Part shown: piece by piece, positions 25,605-29,717 of the stretch
How positions within the stretch are numbered: position 1 is the first letter of the stretch
Layout of the letters: the number at the start of each line of letters is the position of its first letter
DNA from: a virus
Lineage: Duplodnaviria > Caudoviricetes
Virus record (IMG/VR): IMGVR_UViG_3300023283_000043
Span: 1 to 29,717 of that record
Direction: 5' to 3' (one strand)
Length of the DNA stretch: 29,717 bases
Notes under the pieces: model-generated
Told to the model about the DNA's origin: nothing
Databases searched by the model: none
Seen by the model: only the letters and a program-made list of their open reading frames with translations
Translations under genes and position numbers: made by a program

Positions 25605-25610
25605 GCCGAC

Positions 25611-25838
25611 ATGCCAAAACGTAACTCCCCAGCCCGTACCGCGATTAACCAGTTCGGCGGCGTCAGGCCGCTGGCCCGCACGCTCGGCGTCAGCCCCAGC
25701 ACGGTATGCCGCTGGGACAAGCCGCGCAGCAAAGGGGGTTCGGGCGGCAGCATTCCGGCCAAGTATCAGTACCGCATTCTGTCGCTCGCGCGGAAGCGGA
25801 ACATCCGGATGCGGGCGTCCGACCTGATCGCGGCGTGA
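25611..25838 (+). CDS. Cro-like HTH regulator
   Basis: I..FGGVR.LAR.LGVSPSTV.RW......GG.GG.IP.KY...IL..AR motif; divergent from the repressor. Confidence 0.85.
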   Translation: MPKRNSPARTAINQFGGVRPLARTLGVSPSTVCRWDKPRSKGGSGGSIPAKYQYRILSLARKRNIRMRASDLIAA

Positions 25839-25859
25839 AAGTATTTTCCGAATTTAATT

Positions 25860-25897
25860 GTTGTGTATTTCTCTACACTTGATATGATCGCCACAAC
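25860..25897 (+). promoter_or_regulatory. Promoter with two operator-like sites downstream of cro
   Basis: TTGTGT, 16 bp, TATGAT with TGn extension; sites GTTGTGTATTTCTCTAC (25860-25876) and GATATGATCGCCACAAC (25881-25897). Confidence 0.6.
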
Positions 25898-25916
25898 ATG
25901 ACTCTGGAGCGGCAGC

Positions 25917-26021
25917 ATGATCCGGCTACTGATCGACCTCTGGGAAGCGGCGTCGTTTGCGTGGGCCTACTGCCGCGACTGGGATCGGCACTGGGAAGAA
26001 GTGGAGCGTCGGGTCGGATGA
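25917..26021 (+). CDS. Small Trp-rich protein, 34 aa (MIRLLIDLWEAASFAWAYCRDWDRHWEEVERRVG)
   Basis: Below the ORF-track cutoff; GGAG RBS 7 nt upstream; stop forms an ATGA overlap with ATG 26018. Confidence 0.55.
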   Translation: MIRLLIDLWEAASFAWAYCRDWDRHWEEVERRVG

Positions 26022-26338
26022 AGGCCAAGCGGCGACAGACGACGGACCCTCAGATGCCCGAGCCGCAGCAGGTTCGCGTAGCGCGCCCATCGTCTGACTT
26101 GTCGCTGATCGATATCGCGATTCGTTACGCCGTCATCGCCGACTGGTTCGAGTCCATCCCGGCCGGCAAGAACTGGCGCGTCGATCAGGAAGCGATGGAC
26201 CTGTTCAGCGAGGCCGAGTCCGACCTGCGGCACGCCGTGAACAGCTACCTGCAACGATCAAGCCTTCGCAAACAGATACAAAGTGAATATATCCCAGCCC
26301 ATCTGATAAAGCCGCAACTAAGGGGGAGTGCGGCGTGA
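26018..26338 (+). CDS. Hypothetical protein, 106 aa
   Basis: ATGA/GTGA overlaps on both sides; alternative longer start at 25898. Confidence 0.6.
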   Translation: MKAKRRQTTDPQMPEPQQVRVARPSSDLSLIDIAIRYAVIADWFESIPAGKNWRVDQEAMDLFSEAESDLRHAVNSYLQRSSLRKQIQSEYIPAHLIKPQLRGSAA

Positions 26339-27732
26339 GCATCACACTACGCTCCTACCAGCAGGACTTGATCGACCGCACGCGCGCGGCCCTGATCGCT
26401 GGCGCTAAAAGCGTGCTGATTCAAGCCCCGACCGGCGCTGGCAAGACGGCCTTGACCGCGGCGATGCTCGGCGCTGCCCGCGCCAAGGGCAAGCGGGCGT
26501 GGTTCATCGTCCACCGGCGCGAGCTGGTCAAGCAGTCCGTCGAGGCGTTCCGGATGGCAGGCGTGCCGTGCGGCATCGTCGCGGCCGGCTTCAAGATGGA
26601 CGCCCGCCAGCAGATTCAGATTTGCAGCATCCAGACGCTGGCGAGGCGGACGCATCTGCTGATGCCGCCGGACATGATCGTGCCTGATGAGGCGCATCAC
26701 TCGGTTTCCAAGTCGTGGGCTACCGTACTCGATCAGTACCCCAAGGCCCGGCGTATCGGGCTGACGGCCACGCCTGAGCGGTTGGATGGCCGCGGCCTCT
26801 GCGATCACTTCGATGAGATGATCCAGGGCCCGGCTGTCCGGTCGCTGATCGACGCGGGCTATCTGTCCGACTACCGCTACTACGCGCCGACGATGCCTGA
26901 CCTTGAAGGCGTTGGCACCGTGGCGGGCGACCTGAACAAGGGGCAGTTGTCGGCCGCGATGGACACGCCCACCATCACGGGTGATGCGGTCGATCACTAC
27001 CGCCGGCTCGCCCAGGGCAAGCGGGCGGTGGCGTTCGCGGTGAGCCGGGAGCATAGCCGTCACATCGTGGGTCAGTTCCTTGGCGCTGGCGTGCCGGCCG
27101 AGCATGTCGATGGCGAGACGAAGACCGAGGACCGGGACGCGGCGATCGAGCGGTTCCGCACTGGCAAGACGCTGGTGCTGTCCAACGTCGATCTGTTCGG
27201 CGAGGGCTTCGACCTGCCCGCGATCGAGGCGGCGATCCTGCTGCGCCCTACTGCGTCGCTGGGGCTGTTCTTGCAGCAGGTGGGCCGGGCGCTGCGTCCG
27301 TCGCCAGGCAAGTCACACGCGATCATTCTTGACCACGCGGGCAACGTGACGCGCCACGGCCTGCCGGACGATCCTCGCGAGTGGTCGCTGGATTCCAAGC
27401 CCCGATCGAAGTGCAAGGCCAAGCCGAGCCTGAGCGTCAGGCTGTGCCCTAAGTGCTACGGCGCGATGCCGCCGGGGCGCATGTCGTGCGCGATCTGCGG
27501 GCACACGTTCGCGCCGACGCCGCGGCAGGTGGATGAGGTCGAGGGCGAGCTTCAGGAGATGTCGGAGGCGGACATCCAGCGGATGCGGCGCGAGAAGAAG
27601 CGCGAGCAGGGCCGGGCGCAGACGGTCGAGCAGTTGACCAAGGTCGGGCGCGATCGTGGCTACAAGAACCCGCGTCGCTGGGCTGAGAACGTCATGTCCG
27701 GCCGGATGCGGCGGAGGGGGCAGGCGGCATGA
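26335..27732 (+). CDS. Superfamily 2 DEAH helicase with a C-terminal zinc ribbon
   Basis: LRSYQ, APTGAGKT, DEAHH, TATPER, EGFDLP, QQVGRALR motifs; CPKC...CAICG. Confidence 0.95.
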   Translation: MSITLRSYQQDLIDRTRAALIAGAKSVLIQAPTGAGKTALTAAMLGAARAKGKRAWFIVHRRELVKQSVEAFRMAGVPCGIVAAGFKMDARQQIQICSIQTLARRTHLLMPPDMIVPDEAHHSVSKSWATVLDQYPKARRIGLTATPERLDGRGLCDHFDEMIQGPAVRSLIDAGYLSDYRYYAPTMPDLEGVGTVAGDLNKGQLSAAMDTPTITGDAVDHYRRLAQGKRAVAFAVSREHSRHIVGQFLGAGVPAEHVDGETKTEDRDAAIERFRTGKTLVLSNVDLFGEGFDLPAIEAAILLRPTASLGLFLQQVGRALRPSPGKSHAIILDHAGNVTRHGLPDDPREWSLDSKPRSKCKAKPSLSVRLCPKCYGAMPPGRMSCAICGHTFAPTPRQVDEVEGELQEMSEADIQRMRREKKREQGRAQTVEQLTKVGRDRGYKNPRRWAENVMSGRMRRRGQAA

Positions 27733-28163
27733 GTGAGGCCACCAAACACAACGAACGGATCATCGACTTCAGCGACGACGCCGAGCGTGCCCGCGTGATA
27801 GCGGGTCTGGACAAGATGCGCGGCGTGTGGCGGGTGACGTTTACAAAGTTCAGGCGGAGGCGATCAGACGAGCAGAACAAGTACCTATGGAGCGTGGTTT
27901 ACCCGACCGTGCGGGACGGGATGAAAGAGACCTGGCACGTCGAGCGGACGGTTCAGGAGGTTCATTGCTGGCTACGCGGGAAGTTCCTGACGTTCCACGA
28001 CGTAGACCAATCGACCGGCGGCAGGGTCCCAGTGCAACCGTCATCCACGTCCGACCTGAGCGTTGAAGAGTTCACGCACTACATCGACCAGATACGGCAG
28101 TTCGCGGACAAGCATCTGAACGTGTACGTGCCGACGCCTCAGGGTGAGGGGGTGGTGGCATGA
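27729..28163 (+). CDS. NinB/Orf-like recombination accessory protein
   Basis: RRSDEQNKYLW...H..L...FL...STSDLSVEEF..YIDQI..FA motif. Confidence 0.7.
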   Translation: MSEATKHNERIIDFSDDAERARVIAGLDKMRGVWRVTFTKFRRRRSDEQNKYLWSVVYPTVRDGMKETWHVERTVQEVHCWLRGKFLTFHDVDQSTGGRVPVQPSSTSDLSVEEFTHYIDQIRQFADKHLNVYVPTPQGEGVVA

Positions 28164-28525
28164 TCGCCCGGAACCCCAACCAACGCGACGCCGACCCCAG
28201 CATCTACGAGCAGCAGGCCGCGTCGATCCTTGCCCGCATGGCGACCAAGATCAGGGTCACCGACGACGGATGCTGGGAGTGGACCGGATCGCTCAACAGC
28301 AAGGGCTACCCGCTGCTGAAGGTCGCGGGTGTCGCGCGGCTCGCACACCGCGTCGCCCACGAACTGCACTACGGCCCGATCCCCGAGGGTTGGCACGTCC
28401 ACCACAAATGTTGCAACCCGCGCTGCGTCCGACCCATGCACATCGAGTCGGTGACGGCCGAGGCCAACCGGGCGATGCAGACGCTGGGGGTGGGTGAGAT
28501 TGAAGACGAGTTCAAACTTTGGTGA
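28160..28525 (+). CDS. HNH endonuclease
   Basis: CWEWTGS...GY...AHRVA.EL..GPIP.G..VHHKC.NP.CVRP.HI..VT..AN. Confidence 0.9.
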   Translation: MIARNPNQRDADPSIYEQQAASILARMATKIRVTDDGCWEWTGSLNSKGYPLLKVAGVARLAHRVAHELHYGPIPEGWHVHHKCCNPRCVRPMHIESVTAEANRAMQTLGVGEIEDEFKLW

Positions 28526-28539
28526 AGGGACCCCCGACC

Positions 28540-28707
28540 ATGAAGACTGTAAGCAAGCTATGGGCGTTGGAGTTGAAGGGAAAGCCCAACGTCATCACCG
28601 CCGACCGGGACGGCCAAGTCCGTATCTACCAGTCACGGCGCGAAGCCCGCGAGAACAAGCGCCCGTTTGAGAAGATCGTCCCCGTTGAAGTGTTCGACGC
28701 GGAGTAA
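28540..28707 (+). CDS. Hypothetical protein, 55 aa
   Basis: AAGGGA upstream of ATG 28540; fills the gap in the operon. Confidence 0.55.
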   Translation: MKTVSKLWALELKGKPNVITADRDGQVRIYQSRREARENKRPFEKIVPVEVFDAE

Positions 28708-28742
28708 CTAACCCACCACGCCACTAACCACGGAGTTTTTCA

Positions 28743-29021
28743 ATGGCAACGAAACTAGGCGACATCTGCGTTAAGACCGGTTCCTACGAAAAGAACGGCG
28801 AGACAAAGAACCAGTACAAGAACATCGGCCGTCTCATGGCCAATGACGACGGCGGCAAGTTCATCCTGATCGACTCGACGGCGATCAGCATGCAACTGTT
28901 CGCGCTGTGCAACAAGGGCCGCGAGTCGCACGTCATCGCGTCGGTGTTCGAAGAACAGCAGGGGCAAGGCGGCGGCAGTCGTCAGCAGCAGGGCGGGGGC
29001 GGTGACGATATTCCGATTTGA
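28743..29021 (+). CDS. Small ssDNA-binding-like protein with an SSB-type acidic tail
   Basis: V.TGSYEKNGETK..Y.NIG N-terminus, Gly/Gln linker, C-terminal DDIPI (cf. SSB DDIPF); GGAG RBS. Confidence 0.6.
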   Translation: MATKLGDICVKTGSYEKNGETKNQYKNIGRLMANDDGGKFILIDSTAISMQLFALCNKGRESHVIASVFEEQQGQGGGSRQQQGGGGDDIPI

Positions 29022-29077
29022 TGACCACGCGGGGCGCGTTGCCCCGATGATCCCTCACCCCAAACACGAGAACCAAC

Positions 29078-29668
29078 ATGCGATCCATCAGAATCAGCAG
29101 AGATGATATCGAACAACTGTCAAACATTCTGGTTGAAAGATCAGAGGAAAAGAGCCGCCGCGAAGCATCACACGAACAACTGAAGAAAGTCGGCGATCAG
29201 CTTTACAACCACATCTACCCGAAGAAGGATCGGGACTTGATGGACAGCCTGCCGCACAACTGGATGCCTGAGTTTAATCACTTGAAGGTGTGTATCGGTG
29301 GGAAAGTGACCGTCATCCCTATGACGAAGGATAGGCGATTCCCGTACCAAGGTGACCGTTACAACTCTGTGGTGCGAGCGTCGTTCCAAGCTCGTGAAGC
29401 AATCGCGGAGAAGGTTTCTCGGGCTCAGTGTCAATACAAGGATGCGTGCGGTGCGGTCAAGGATCTTCGCCACCGGGTAAAGGCTGTTATCGAATCGTCG
29501 CGAACCACAAAGCAACTGGTCGAGGTTTGGCCCGAATGTAAAAAGGTTGTCGAGGGCTACTTCGGCAGCAGGGTCAGTTCATCCGCCACGGCCATCGTTC
29601 GGCGCGATGACGTAAGCCAGTGGAACAAGTCGATGGGCCTGCCGCCCAAAGGTAAGCAGGTGTCGTAA
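29078..29668 (+). CDS. Nmad5-like (nucleotide modification associated domain 5) protein
   Basis: Helical protein with the VKAVIESSRTTKQLVEVWPE motif; family recalled, not searched. Confidence 0.6.
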   Translation: MRSIRISRDDIEQLSNILVERSEEKSRREASHEQLKKVGDQLYNHIYPKKDRDLMDSLPHNWMPEFNHLKVCIGGKVTVIPMTKDRRFPYQGDRYNSVVRASFQAREAIAEKVSRAQCQYKDACGAVKDLRHRVKAVIESSRTTKQLVEVWPECKKVVEGYFGSRVSSSATAIVRRDDVSQWNKSMGLPPKGKQVS

Positions 29669-29717
29669 ACCACGCGGGGCGAGGCGCTATCACACAACGA
29701 TGTTGTCGGCTCGGCAT

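Larger units (their letters stand above)
1..29717. mobile_element. Temperate podovirus-like phage/prophage segment (BPP-1/epsilon15-like head-tail module plus early/immunity region); both ends lie outside the window
   Basis: Contiguous terminase-portal-scaffold-capsid-tail tube-internal protein operon, a cI/cro pair and recombination genes; no host housekeeping genes. Confidence 0.95.

Noticed and set aside
25898-26017. Longer N-terminus for the ORF ending at 26338
   Set aside because: An alternative 34-aa ORF with an RBS and ATGA coupling explains the region better; not fully excluded
1-29717. Diversity-generating retroelement, as in BPP-1
   Set aside because: No reverse transcriptase and no template/variable repeat pair differing at adenines was seen; the tail fibre region lies outside the window
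29682-29717. Additional operator copy near the right edge
   Set aside because: Only a half-site (CACAAC) matches and the context is truncated

Overview
The whole window is part of a high-GC, probably temperate, short-tailed dsDNA phage or prophage of the BPP-1/epsilon15-like type. No host genes, integrase, RNA genes or CRISPR array were seen. The left two-thirds (1-19304, minus strand) is the virion operon, in reading order: terS, terL, a GNAT, a small pre-portal protein, portal, a Bbp19-like protein, a JAB/MPN isopeptidase, scaffold, major capsid, an inserted 920-aa beta-helix/Ig/LamG protein module, Bbp16-like cement, epsilon15 gp10-like staple, tail adaptor and nozzle, and three internal (ejection) proteins, the last cut by the window edge. 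An AT-rich region with inverted repeats (19450-19720) separates it from the plus-strand early region. That region holds a stand-alone MutS mismatch-binding domain, YqaJ exonuclease, Gp3-like protein, Xis-like HTH, a cI/cro switch, SF2 helicase, NinB-like, HNH, SSB-like and Nmad5-like genes. Most notable: (1) a JAMM isopeptidase with an intact catalytic motif inside the head operon, a candidate counter-defence against bacterial ubiquitin-like conjugation; (2) about 11 copies of a 17-bp operator (GTTGWG-N5-CWCAAC) on both early and late promoters, several apparently leaderless; (3) the stand-alone MutS-I gene; (4) the adhesin-like insertion after the capsid gene. All family assignments come from motif recognition by eye; no database search was run.
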